DNA of 63,980 bases, filler included, from Albugo candida (lineage: Eukaryota), in assembly GCA_040437565.1 (NCBI GenBank). It is 11 parts of 11 records of this genome, joined end to end, with 100 filler letters (N's around TTAATTAATTAA, not from the genome) between each part and the next. Parts side by side here need not be neighbours in the genome. Positions count along the whole stretch, not along the records: positions 24,770 to 30,743 come from JBDOQK010000145.1; positions 30,844 to 36,801 come from JBDOQK010000146.1; 9 more parts are not named here. One strand, 5' to 3'. Shown here piece by piece: positions 24,770-35,693 of this stretch (the first letter of the stretch is position 1; each line of letters starts with the position of its first letter). The notes beneath the pieces are model-generated. The model was not told the DNA's origin. It worked only from the letters and a program-made list of their open reading frames with translations, and made no database searches. The position numbers were made by a program, and so were the translations under genes.

Positions 24770-27700
24770 ACTGTGGCTGAGGAGCTTCTTTGGCCGAATT
24801 TTGAGGACAGAGTGACAATGTCGGCACAAAACAGCATATCTCTAAATCATAACGAGTGTAGTACAGAATCTCTCCACTTAGGTTTTGTTTGTCCAATGTG
24901 CCCGTAAACCCAATATGTTGATTCAAATTTACGCGATGGCCCATAGAATTGAGGAATGACAGATAGTCTGATGATATAATTCCTGCGGATGTGTCTTGAT
25001 GGGTCAAGATGCGTACGTGATCACAGCCTCCTCTAGATGGCTCGTTGATGGCGTAAAGAATGGCAAACTCCATCGTTTCACGGTCACAGAGATTGTCCAA
25101 TTCTTCTAGATCACGTAGAAATGCCTCTGATTCAGTATGCAATGCGAATATATTGCCCCAATTTCGAACAGAGGTGAACCCTAGTTCTGTGAGCATCCGA
25201 CGAGATACCGCAAAGGATTCCAAAGCCTTGTCTTTGACTATCGGATCTGGTCGAACGCGTACGGAGTGATCCGTTTGTTGAGAGACGTTTTTCAAAGATA
25301 GCTCGTCTCGTTCGCATTGCGACTGTATGAACGTGGAGAAAACAGTGTCGTACACATCGCGATGCTCTTCATGACTTGCAGCGGAGCTTCTCCGACCATC
25401 ACTTCCGGTATTGCCTTCTCCTGCACTGATTGTATTTTTCGTGAATGCCTCCGTGTCATTGCAATCCTTAGCGTTGGGTGATTTCCAACTCAGAAGCTCA
25501 GAGCTTTCATTCACTTGGCGGATCACTTGAAGGAGCGGATCAGTTTCTTCAATTGTAGACTCAAAGTATGGATACTGAGAATCATTGACAGGTTCATTTA
25601 CGTTGCTTGGATGCCACTCTTTTGCGATATTCTCTTCACGGAACATTTCGAAATCCAAAACTGTTTTCGGCATGGGACCTTGACCAAAACGCGACTTGAA
25701 ACGCCAGATGTATCTCCCATTTCCATCACGGACAATGCAGATTGCTTCTCCCGATTCACCATTTCCAGGCTTCTCAATGATCGTGATAATGGCTGATTTT
25801 TGTATTGCGAAGAAGCGACAGTGCGTTTGGATGTCATTTTCTTCCAGATGGCACATTTTCTCCAGTATCCTCTATCCCAGCAAAAAAATGAGACTCGGAG
25901 TCATTTTACTTTTGTGACGTACCGTTTCGTTCATCACGGAGCTTCGAGATATATCGATATCCAGATTAGTAGCTCCTGCCACATGATGTTTCATTAGCAT
26001 ACTCAAAAGTGCTTGAGCTGCTTCCGCAGAACATGTACAATGATTTTGCCAGTTAGAAGATACATCATCGTTCCCTTTTGGCTGCCGACCATCTAGAATG
26101 GCTTCGATCACTTTGGAAATGACGGGTGATTTCGACATAAGCATTGGAGCTGCTAAGATCCAATCCATGATTGTCGTGTAGGCCAACGCAGAAAGAGAAT
26201 CAAGGTAAAATGGAGCCCGGCTTGAGCATAACGTGGATGCATGCGTCGTGATAAACTCACAACAAGCACTCACAAGTAGAACAACTGATCCCATAGCGTG
26301 AATGGTAAGTTCATGTGCCACTGATACAAGCTCCCGAAGACAATCGAACGCAGTGAAAAGCACTGGAGGTTTGTATCTGCCAGACTTTGTTATAATAGAG
26401 CAGATATGTAGCACGCATAGATAGACTTGAGAATTCCGACTTGACGCGAGGCCTTGAGTCCAGTGACTGGTTTCTTGCTGGATGGCAACACACAAAGTCC
26501 ACATGATCATCTGTTGATTAGTCGGGTCTGTCTCGATCTTGAGCGCGTTCATTAATAGTGCAACAACATTAGCACTATTTTGCTTCGGAAGCGAAGAATA
26601 TAGTCCAGGAAGATCCGACATTGTAGGTGCCAAGATCCGAGCTTCAGCTTCTTGGATGAGCGATTTCTATGAGAAGAAAATACGCTATATCACATGGTTT
26701 TCCTCAATTGAAATGACGTACAGGAAAATGGGTATGAAGCGTAAGAAGAGAGCCACAAGTCTCAACACAGGCACGGCGAAGCAAGATGCAATGACCAATG
26801 TCTGCTTGGGATTGTGAAGATGATTTATCACTAGAAATACGGATCATGAATTATGAAAGCAAGCAACAGTTCAGTGCTAATAGTACCTCAATAAACGCTC
26901 TGCTGCAGAATGAAAGAGCCCTGTGATCACACCAACACCGCGTAAAGTATGATTGCCATATAAACCAAGAACCTTGGACCAGTTCAATACGGCAGCTGCT
27001 GCAACACGCAAATCCTCATCTACCAGTGCAAGCTGTACAGCCATCAGGCAGCGTAAACCATAAACCCATTGGATACGCTTTGATCTTCCTCCACCAAACT
27101 CACAAACTAGTTTTCCGAGGCACCGCAGAGCTTCACATCGACTCGCAACGTATCGAGGTCCACGAACCAAACAAGCATCAAATAGCCAAGATCCAACAAG
27201 CCTGAGAACAGTATTCACATCTGGAGGCGATCGTATCGTGCTTTGTCGTTTTTGAAACTCGTCAATAGCTTCTACCGGTCCACCAAAAATGAAAGTTGTC
27301 ATATTTTCGTAATTCGTTGAAGCTTTTGATGTTGAGATATTTTCCCAGCCCGAAGTGTACGCTTGCTCCATTCGAGTAAGCTCGATGACCAAGTGTCCAA
27401 TCCCTTTCTACAGATAGACGCATTCCCTAAAAGAGAGCGATAGATAACAAACGCTAAAGTTTCGTACAATGGCAGCCAAATACACATCAGCGTCTGTGAT
27501 CCCGGATGGATGGCCTACGATTCGGAATAATCGGTACCACGCGTAAGTGAGAAGTGGGCTACTCAGCCTGCAAATCAAGAAAATTTCAGCTTTCTCAGCA
27601 TCTCTGTAAACGAAGCGCACGTAACTCGATAACAGAGACATGATGATCACACCAATCCAATTGTACTGTTTTATGTAATTTCGAAGAATGTACTCGTTGA

Positions 27701-28550
27701 ATAAAGCTTTTGGTGATGGCAAAGCATACTGAATTCCATTGCTCAATGACAGCAATGCGATGAATCCATCTTCGGCAAAATCTCTGCAAAATGTTCCAAA
27801 GCTCACTTCGCGGGCCGCAGTAGGAAAGCGATCGAATATAAATTTCAAAAACAATGCGTATCATTTGACTGCACAATTGAGCGCCCACAACATTGCGGGA
27901 GCTATGCAAGACACCATCTGCCGCTCCTAATAATAACCGCATCATACGATCCCATGTGGCTGTAGTGAGCTGAGAACCCCGTTTTTTCGCTATTGCGTGA
28001 AATATATCGAGCACTCTAGCATATACTCATCGTAAAGTCCTCTCGATGCGATAGAAGCCTACCTAGAACATAATGAAACTTGCTTCGCGATTGATGTCTC
28101 GGCTCCATTTAAGCGACCATTGTCCGTTCTTTCCTCAAAAATAAGAGTCATATGACCAAGAAGATCTTGTATAAATGACTGCTCTGCCGGAAGCATGCAA
28201 GGTGGTCGATGGTCATGTGCCTCTTTTCCCATTTCTGGAGGAGACGATTTCGATGGACTGCTGATGCCTGATACATTGACACCTAGCCATTTCTCGTATA
28301 TAGACAAAGCTCCTGAAATGATGTCTGAGTTTTCCATTGAAAGTGCAAAGGAATGGCCAATAACCTCCATCGCCCAGATAATATGATGTCGCGTGGGCAG
28401 TATCTCTGTCACGTTGATATCTTCTGAAGCGAGGAAGGTCACTACAATGGAGCATAGTCCACGCTGACACTGGTCCGAGAAACGGACAAGAACATGAGCT
28501 TCAGGAGATGTGGGGACCAGCTCACATTTTTCGATCCAACGTAGAAACAT
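24770..28550 (-). CDS. RALGAPB: Ral GTPase-activating protein subunit beta-like, multi-exon, 3' truncated
   Basis: WAMEVIGHSFALS...SIYEKWL, TWDRMMRLLLG, PDVNTVLRLVGSWLFDA, RCEALRCLG, ETDPTN, IVRDGNGRYIW, and a Rap-GAP start (FLNSMG...HIGFTGTL...EICCFVPTL). Short GT-AG introns, e.g. 28062-28016 and 25922-25872. Confidence 0.88.
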
Positions 28551-28799
28551 TTTTAGAGAAGCTTTGTCGTGTGGTACACTCTGTCTAAGGTATGTGATGC
28601 ATTTTACTAACCCTGAACCAGTGTACAGTACTGGACATATAACCGTTTGTCTGAATAACTAATTTCTTTCGGGAACCGTTAAAATCCCCTCAGTGCGTTT
28701 GGAAAAAATTCCCTTAGTTTGATATGAGTGACTAATTTTTAGCCTGATATGAAAATCTGGACGAATGTCTGACTGAGATTGAGCCATGCTTACAAGTCA

Positions 28800-29100
28800 A
28801 TTAGTTAATCACTAGGGATGGCCGATTTCCATCATTGGTGGTTGGATCAACCATCACGCATGGGGTATGGCAGTGAATCAAATACAGCAACTATTTTAGC
28901 GATAGCGGAATCGTGTACAGCTGAGTCTTCTTCGCACAAGAAACGCCGTTTGCTGGACATCATAATCGGCGCTCCAGCTGGTGCAAGTGCTGTACTTGAA
29001 CCAGTATCTGTGCGAGTGCGTGGGAGGCCATCTGGATCGGCCCAAAGGAATCAACCATCTGCATTCTTGAAGCAAGAATTTTGTCGGAATTTGAGTCGTC
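28800..29100 (+). mobile_element. MULE transposase C-terminal remnant
   Basis: DFHHWWL ... EPVSVRVRGRPSGS..RNQPSAF, similar to the GRPSGS...KRHPSAFEY tail at ~45480-45545. Confidence 0.45.
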
Positions 29101-29191
29101 GCAGCAGCCTTGGATTTAAAGAAAGAAAGGTCCCTTGAGCACTTGATGGTAAAATACTTAATGTTTATTAATGTCCTTAGTTCGCCAACTC

Positions 29192-30743
29192 TGTTGCTAC
29201 TGCTACTCTAAGCCTTCTGCTACTACGACTGCCACGTCGATGCCCATCTTGAAACCGCTTTGAAGCTGGCACTATGAAGCTGGCACTATCAAGCAGTCAT
29301 CATTGATTGACTGCTTCCACCGGTAGGTACCGGTAAGTGTCTGCTGGCCGAGGCGCTGCTTCAACAACACTCCCGCTCGATTCAGCAAAGCTTGGTGCCT
29401 TGATTCCCAACTTGCTGCGAAGATAGTCGAACTGCGCAGCGGAAATTGGCTTCATCATGAGGTATGCAATCATCTTTTGCGTCGGCCAGTATTCCAGCAG
29501 CACTTGACCATCATCGACCTTCTCACGCACAAAGTGGTAGCGAATGTCAATGTGATTGGTGCGTTTGCGGAACTTGGGGTTCTTGGCTAACGCGATCGCC
29601 GTCTGGTTGTCTTCAAACAGCTTCAATGCTTTATCGCCTACATATTCAGCGAGTTCTTGCATGAACACCTGGAGCCACACTGCGTCTTGAATTGCTTCCT
29701 ATAGCGCCATGTATTCTGTTTCGGTTGATGATAGCGCCACTGTGCGCTGCTTCTTGCTGCTCCAATTGATGAAACTACTGTTGAGAACAAACACGTAGCC
29801 GCTTGTGCTTCTTCGTGTTTCAACCTCGCCTGCCCAGTCTGCATTCGAATAGCCGACCTGCTCACCGTTGCTGCTGCCCGAAAAACGGATGCCGTGTGTA
29901 GGAGTCGCTTGTAGACACCGGAGTACGCCCTTGAGATCTTGCCAGTGTTTTGGACATGGGTCCGAGGCAAATTGGCTCAAACAGACGACTGCTGCAGCGC
30001 AGCGAGATCCGGACGCGTGCCGACCATCAGGTACATCAATGCACAAACCGTTCTGCAATATGGTACACCCTTCATCGTTTTGTCGTGCTTGCAGCCTTCT
30101 TTGCACACATGCGTCGTCAGCTTGAGCACGGGATCTTGTAGTGTCTTCGCAGGCTTGCAGTCTTGCATACTAAACATGGTCAAAATCGATAGATGAAACT
30201 AAATCTGTCGCATTGACACGTCACCTGACTTGTCCTCGCGCTCGACTTCAATACCAAGGCATTACTTCAGCTCACCGAGATCGGACATCATGAAGTGGTC
30301 ACTCAGCGCACTCTTTGGTAGCCGCGAGAAGGTCCTCTTCGTTGCATGCTAGAATGAGATCATCAACGTACAGCACCACGAATATCATCGCCAACCTGTC
30401 GCACTTGACATAGACGCAATGGTCCATCTCGCACTTGCTGAAGCCGAACTTGTGCCTGAAGTCATCGATTGTCTGGTTCCACATTCGTGGCGACCGCTTG
30501 AGTCCGTGCAGCGCGCGCTTGAGCTTGCACACATGATCAGAATACTTGGGATCGACGAATCAGTCCGGTTGCTTCCTATATATTTCTTCGTCAAGCATTC
30601 CGTTGAAGAACGCTGTCTTGACATCCATCAGGTGGATAATCAACTTGTGCTGCGCCGCGATGCTCAGGATGATCCGGATTGACGCGGAATTGGAAACTAG
30701 CGCGAATGTCTTTTAGAGAACCTTTCGCCACGATACGCGCCTT
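29192..30743 (-). mobile_element. Ty1/Copia LTR retrotransposon: decayed RT-RNase H, PPT and probable 3' LTR
   Basis: [32 protein letters not shown]...RRSTSGY, WSSKKQ..VALSSTE, EDNQ, HIDIRYHFVRE, with stops and frameshifts. Purine tract GAGCGGGAG precedes TGTTG at 29369; matching CAACA at 29192 gives a tentative 178-bp LTR. Confidence 0.93.
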
Positions 30744-30843
30744 NNNNNNNNNNNNNNNNNNNNNNNNNNNNNNNNNNNNNNNNNNNNTTAATTAATTAAN
30801 NNNNNNNNNNNNNNNNNNNNNNNNNNNNNNNNNNNNNNNNNNN
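30744..30843. other. Artificial contig linker
   Basis: 44 N + TTAATTAATTAA + 44 N. Confidence 0.99.
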
Positions 30844-30882
30844 TATGCGTTTCATGTATAAATATTTATTATAAATATTTTA

Positions 30883-31030
30883 CTAGAAACGCGAGAGCTC
30901 TCGCGTTTCGTGCGGAAGGCCCACGTAGTGGGCCCCGCTAGAAACGCTGGCGCGGCAGCGTTTCATGCGGAAGGCCCCTTTAGGGGCCCCGCTAGAAACG
31001 CGGGGGCCGCTTCGCGGCCCCTGCGTTTCA
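30883..31030. repeat. Tandem GC-rich double-hairpin elements
   Basis: Repeated CTAGAAACGC...GCGTTTC hairpins alternating with GCGGAAGGCCC...GGGCCCCGC hairpins. Confidence 0.8.
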
Positions 31031-31465
31031 AGAATAAACCCATAAGGTTTTTCTAGAAACGCATATTTATTACTTATAAATATGAGATACATAGTTATAT
31101 TTATATAAATAACCTTGGTCTAATAACTGCCGCTTTACCCTTAGCCTCTAAATCTAGTTCACCCCATACCTGGGGGTCCGGGCGTCTTCCCCCCCGCGGG
31201 TGGCCCCCAACGGAATGGGGGGTGCCACCGCGGGGGGACGGAGATATTTTGCCTCAACACAGGGCTTGACCCCCCATTTTTGAATCATTGGGCCGAGCCG
31301 CCCCGTAAATATAAGATATCTGGGTACTACGCGTGTGGGGGTGGCGTAGTCGCCCCCAATTTAAAAGAGAAGCTCCTTTTGGGCCCCGTGTAACAGCACA
31401 GCCAGACTAAAATTTTATTGGTTGGATATATGAAAATTATTATATAAATAAAATAATAAAAGAAA

Positions 31466-31539
31466 GCAAGTGTAGCATAATTGGCTAATGCCCCTACCTT
31501 CCAAGTAGACTACTGCGAGTTCGAGTCTCGCCACTTGCA
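31466..31539 (+). tRNA. trnG: tRNA-Gly(TCC), mitochondrial type
   Basis: Acceptor GCAAGTG/CACTTGC-A; D stem GCAT/ATGC; anticodon arm CTAC-CT-TCC-AA-GTAG; T arm GCGAG-TTCGAGT-CTCGC. Confidence 0.93.
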
Positions 31540-31634
31540 ACCTACAATTACCCCCTTTATTTATTATATATATGATAATCATATATATGATTATCTATAT
31601 ATAACGAGGTAGGTCGGATCGTTGGCCTGCCTCA

Positions 31635-31646
31635 ATATAAGTAACA
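31635..31646 (+). promoter_or_regulatory. Mitochondrial promoter-like motif ATATAAGTAACA
   Basis: Contains the yeast mitochondrial nonanucleotide ATATAAGTA, ~85 nt before the GIY-YIG ATG. Confidence 0.6.
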
Positions 31647-31728
31647 ATCGACTAAATTATTAGTGAGTATTATTTCCCGCTCTCTAATAAAATCCCTTAA
31701 CTCATAAATATACTTTAAATTAATTAAA

Positions 31729-32565
31729 ATGACTTTAACTTTTTTAAAACAAAATAATTATGGGCTACGAGTTGCCCTAAAATTAAATAATTTAGGAATT
31801 AGCCCCCGTTTTTTAAAACGGGGGCGTCGGGCGGCAAGGCCGCCCGCCGGCCCCCGGGGCGGTGCGCCCCGGGGATATATTACAAACTCTACAGGTTTAC
31901 CTAATTTTGTTAAATTTTATAAAAACTCAGATTTAGAGAAAGAAATTATTTTAAACGATAATAAAAATAAATCTGGTATCTATTTATGGTTAAATAATAT
32001 CACAAACCATATGTATATTGGTAGTTCCCAAGATCTTAATAGAAGATTTATGGAGTATTTTAGATATTCGTACCTTATTCACCCTGCTAGGGGGAAAAGT
32101 ATTGTATGCCGTTCTTTAGTTAAAAATGGATATTCAAATTTCAGTATTGCCATTTTAGAATACTGCGATAAAGATAATTTAACTTCTCGAGAACAATATT
32201 ATATTAATTTATTAAACCCTGAGTATAACATTGTTTTACAAGTTACTAACACACATACACCTGAAGCAATTCAAAAAATGAAATTAGCTAAATTAAATAA
32301 AGACCCTAATTTGCCAGGTCGAAAACAGACTGATTATACTAAAAAGCTATTAAGTAATATTGCAAAAAACAGAAAATTTAATCCTAGCATTCCTACGTAT
32401 GTTTATACTAAAGAGGGTTTATTCTTATTAACTTTCCCTACTATTATAGCGACAGCTGCTTATTTTAATGTAAGCCAAAGTACTGTTAGAAAATACTTAG
32501 ATTCTGAGCGTCTATTCAAAAAAGAGTTCTATTTAAAATCTAGTGAACAGGTACTCTCTGAATAA
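31729..32565 (+). CDS. GIY-YIG homing endonuclease with NUMOD3/NUMOD1-like C-terminus
   Basis: KSGIYLW...YIGSS..L.RR...ILEYC...REQYYI...PEYNI; HTPEAIQKM; C-terminal AAYFNVSQSTVRKYL helix-turn-helix. In-frame GC cluster at ~31801-31875. Confidence 0.93.
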   Translation: MTLTFLKQNNYGLRVALKLNNLGISPRFLKRGRRAARPPAGPRGGAPRGYITNSTGLPNFVKFYKNSDLEKEIILNDNKNKSGIYLWLNNITNHMYIGSSQDLNRRFMEYFRYSYLIHPARGKSIVCRSLVKNGYSNFSIAILEYCDKDNLTSREQYYINLLNPEYNIVLQVTNTHTPEAIQKMKLAKLNKDPNLPGRKQTDYTKKLLSNIAKNRKFNPSIPTYVYTKEGLFLLTFPTIIATAAYFNVSQSTVRKYLDSERLFKKEFYLKSSEQVLSE

Positions 32566-32787
32566 AGGAATTAGGGATTAGGGCTACTACTCCAAAGCCT
32601 TAATTACCCCCTTAGTTCCACTAATCTAAAGGGTTTAAGTTTAGGGGGGGGATATTAATTATTGTTAATTGATTGTTTGTATTAAATAAACTTTAAAGCG
32701 AGGGGGGCCACGGCCCCCCTTGCAGCGGCCGCTACGCGGCCACCGCTTAAATTGTATCCCCAAAAATACTTTTTAGTTTAGGACTAG

Positions 32788-33330
32788 CTAATTGAGTTTT
32801 GCTAATTGAGTTTTGCTAATTACTTCTAATTTTTGGTCATTCCATTGAGAAACTACCAGAAAGACTAATTCTTCAATACTAAAAAGTCTTGTTTCATCAG
32901 AGTCATTAATTATTTTTAATAAAACATATGGAAGGTATACATGAAAGATATCCATGGCACCTAATGAAGTTTGCTCTTTAAATAGCAGATAAGATTTAAA
33001 TTTCTTTGCAACTTCATTCACAACCTCATCCGCACTAAATTCACTAGAATAAAAAGAGAATAACATTGAATTTGAAGTATCTTCTGCTAGAGAAGAGAAT
33101 AACTCTTGTACATCTTGATATCTAACTTTATGAGGTGAAGTAGTAAAAGAAACTACTTCAAATGTCTTAAAATTAAAGATATAAGTTACATATTGGTTTG
33201 CTACAAAATTAGGTCCACTAGGAATAAACACAAAATCCATCCCGTACATAGACTCACAGCTACCCTCTTTTGCGAGTAAACTTAAATGGTTATGAGCTAA
33301 AAAAGGATAAGTTAAAGAATTATTTTTCAT
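32788..33330 (-). CDS. Mitochondrial ORF A (180 aa), integrase-core-like, paralog of ORF B
   Basis: Intact ORF sharing LAKE..CES.YGM.FVF.P...NFVANQYV, FKSY and IEE.V....QWND with ORF B. The rve-like pattern is an inference. Confidence 0.75.
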   Translation of the reverse strand: MKNNSLTYPFLAHNHLSLLAKEGSCESMYGMDFVFIPSGPNFVANQYVTYIFNFKTFEVVSFTTSPHKVRYQDVQELFSSLAEDTSNSMLFSFYSSEFSADEVVNEVAKKFKSYLLFKEQTSLGAMDIFHVYLPYVLLKIINDSDETRLFSIEELVFLVVSQWNDQKLEVISKTQLAKLN

Positions 33331-33437
33331 TAAACTATTGATTAAAATTACTAATAGAAATTAACGGATGTCTATTTTAATCAGATTATTCCGAATAAAG
33401 TATATATTTTATGTTTAGAAGTTAATATTATATTTAT

Positions 33438-33448
33438 TGTTACTTATA
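33438..33448 (-). promoter_or_regulatory. TATAAGTAACA promoter-like motif upstream of ORF A
   Basis: tgttacttata on the + strand, ~110 nt upstream of ATG 33330 in sense orientation. Confidence 0.6.
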
Positions 33449-33545
33449 AATTTAAGGGTTTAAAATGGGGGTTATTAATAGTTGTTAATCTAGATTATTA
33501 ATGTTAAATAACATTAATTTGTAAAGTAATTTCATTGCTTCAAGA

Positions 33546-34124
33546 TTAAAGTATCTTGCTCAGATTATCTTTTAATTTAGGACTAACTAATAAAATATGG
33601 TTAATACACTTTAAATTATTATCGTTCCATTGAATAATTAAAGGTTCAACGAATTCTTCAATGGTATACTCAGGAGTTTTCAGATTATTACTTTGATAAT
33701 TATTTTTAAAATAATTACTAATGTTTGACAAAGAGAATGACATAAATTCTTGAAAAATAATCATAAGTCCTAGGTAAGGTCGGTTCTTAAACATATGATA
33801 AGATTTAAATTGTTTTTCAACTTGTGTTGTAATTTTCTTTATATTAAAAGGACTAGTATACAAAGTTACTAGTATTGATTTTGAAGTATCAACAGTTAGT
33901 TCAGATAATAATTTTAATACATCATCACATCTAGGTTTATGGGAAAAAGTTCTAAAAGCTACGATTGTATTATTACTAAAGTCTAAGATATAAATTACAT
34001 ATTGATTTGCTACAAAATTATGTCTACCAGGAGTAAATACAAAATACATCCCATAAATTGACTCACAGTTATTCTCTTTTGCGAGTGAATTTAAATCAAA
34101 AATAGTTAAAATTTTATTTCGCAT
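33546..34124 (-). CDS. Mitochondrial ORF B (192 aa), integrase-core-like, paralog of ORF A
   Basis: Intact ORF: YILDF...IVAF, ILVTLYTSPF, QWND. Confidence 0.75.
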   Translation of the reverse strand: MRNKILTIFDLNSLAKENNCESIYGMYFVFTPGRHNFVANQYVIYILDFSNNTIVAFRTFSHKPRCDDVLKLLSELTVDTSKSILVTLYTSPFNIKKITTQVEKQFKSYHMFKNRPYLGLMIIFQEFMSFSLSNISNYFKNNYQSNNLKTPEYTIEEFVEPLIIQWNDNNLKCINHILLVSPKLKDNLSKIL

Positions 34125-34224
34125 TATTTATTATTTTAATTACTAATAGAAATTAACGGATGTCTATCATAATAATATTATTCCGAACAAAATATATAAA
34201 ACAAATAGTAGAGAGAAAAATAGA

Positions 34225-34256
34225 TTATGTTACTTATAAACTTATAAGTAACATAA
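34225..34256. promoter_or_regulatory. Palindromic bidirectional promoter-like element
   Basis: TTATGTTACTTATAA-AC-TTATAAGTAACATAA: perfect 15-bp arms, each with an outward-facing TATAAGTAACA, between divergent ORFs B and C. Confidence 0.7.
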
Positions 34257-34303
34257 ATTTATAATTTAGGGAATCATATTATTACTACATTCTCCCTTAA
34301 CGA

Positions 34304-34915
34304 ATGAAGGAAATTAAAAATAAAACAATGAAAAATTTAATTAACCAAGACTATATTACATTATCAAAAGATCCATCATTAGTTTTTAAACTAACTGATG
34401 ACGAAAATTTATATGAATTAATCCCTAACCTAGACAAACAAAATATTTATGGATTAATTGCATATTCAATTATTAGCGTAAGTAAAAAATTTGAAACAAT
34501 TCATATCCTATACTTATTAGACTTAAAAACATACACATTTGTTAACATTGAAATTTCAAAAGATAATTTTAGATCAACACATATTAAAACAATGTTAAAT
34601 AATAGCAATGTCCCTGATGAATCGATTATTACTACTTTAAATAATTCACCATTTACAACTTCATCAGTTATGGAATATTTTAAATCTAAAAATATTAAAC
34701 ATTATTATTATAATAAAAAACATTATACACCAATTATCGATTACACAAAAAATTATCTTCATGGTATGGTTTTAATGACAATGCTAAATAACTCAAAAGT
34801 TACAGATAATGATATTAAAAACTTAGCTAAAGTATGGAATAAAGAAGGGAAACCAATGATCGCTTCAGTAGCTAAAGCTGATGGTCTTAAACCAAACTTA
34901 TTATACTATAAATAA
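34304..34915 (+). CDS. Mitochondrial ORF C (203 aa), distant integrase-core-like paralog
   Basis: Intact ORF. IYGL...YLLDLKT, IITTLNNSPFTTSSVMEYFKSKNIKH and VWNK parallel ORFs A/B and the rve pattern. Confidence 0.7.
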   Translation: MKEIKNKTMKNLINQDYITLSKDPSLVFKLTDDENLYELIPNLDKQNIYGLIAYSIISVSKKFETIHILYLLDLKTYTFVNIEISKDNFRSTHIKTMLNNSNVPDESIITTLNNSPFTTSSVMEYFKSKNIKHYYYNKKHYTPIIDYTKNYLHGMVLMTMLNNSKVTDNDIKNLAKVWNKEGKPMIASVAKADGLKPNLLYYK

Positions 34916-34988
34916 TAACCTAATTAATTAGGGAGTCATCTTATTACAACAGTTTCCCTTAATTTCTGTTGGATTCATAAATAAAACG

Positions 34989-35693
34989 ATGAAAAAATTT
35001 TTAGAACAATCTTTAGCCTTTGTAGCTAGTGCTGGGTTTGTAGCTACAGCTGGACTTGTATATACTACAACTAAAAACGTTAATCTTGAAAGAGAATTAA
35101 GAAAAGATGAAATGGTAATTAAAAATAGAGAGCTGGATCTTAAAGAGAGCCAATTAGAATTAGAGAAGTATAAGCATAATCTACCGTCAAAATTTGAGAC
35201 TACTCCTATTCTTGATAATAAAATTAAAACACCAGTATCTGATGTTTTAAACAATAAATTAGAATCATCTAAAGTTGTTCAAGAGTTACCAAATATTAAA
35301 GAGACATTTAATACAGATTCCCCCTTTGAAGGTTTAAACAATAAATTAGAATCATCTAAAACTGTTCAGGAGTTATCAAATATTAAAGATACATTTAATA
35401 CAGATTCCCCCTTTGAAGGTTCCTACACTGTCCCATTAGAAACTGTTCAATTAACTGGAGTAGCTGTAGGTTGTTTAACTATTACAGTTCTTTTTTCATT
35501 AATTTTAATTTACTTAAATAATATTATTACTCACTATGATGAGACTAAATTAAATAAATTACCCGTTTTTGTTAAAGAACTAGTTAAATTAATGAAACTT
35601 AACGCTACTTTAAGTAATAATCTTCTATATTTATTAACGCTAAGTTGTTTATTGACAATAATTGCATTATCTGTATTTTTAATTTTACTATAA
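34989..35693 (+). CDS. Mitochondrial membrane ORF D (234 aa) with 29-aa tandem duplication
   Basis: N-terminal hydrophobic helix, coiled coil, 87-bp repeat (35247-35333 / 35334-35420), two C-terminal hydrophobic helices. Confidence 0.7.
   Translation: MKKFLEQSLAFVASAGFVATAGLVYTTTKNVNLERELRKDEMVIKNRELDLKESQLELEKYKHNLPSKFETTPILDNKIKTPVSDVLNNKLESSKVVQELPNIKETFNTDSPFEGLNNKLESSKTVQELSNIKDTFNTDSPFEGSYTVPLETVQLTGVAVGCLTITVLFSLILIYLNNIITHYDETKLNKLPVFVKELVKLMKLNATLSNNLLYLLTLSCLLTIIALSVFLILL

Noticed and set aside
28624-28640. TA-CAGTACTGGACA resembling a Tc1 TIR start
   Set aside because: No matching inverted partner found on the contig
30883-31092. 69-aa minus-strand ORF
   Set aside because: It is made almost entirely of GC hairpin repeats that lack stop codons
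31100-31430. Possible mitochondrial RNase P RNA or group I intron core upstream of trnG
   Set aside because: No GGAAAGTC / ACAnAAnnnnGCTTA P4 pair on either strand and only an isolated CAGACTA. More likely a decayed ORF interrupted by GC clusters; an Infernal search would settle it.
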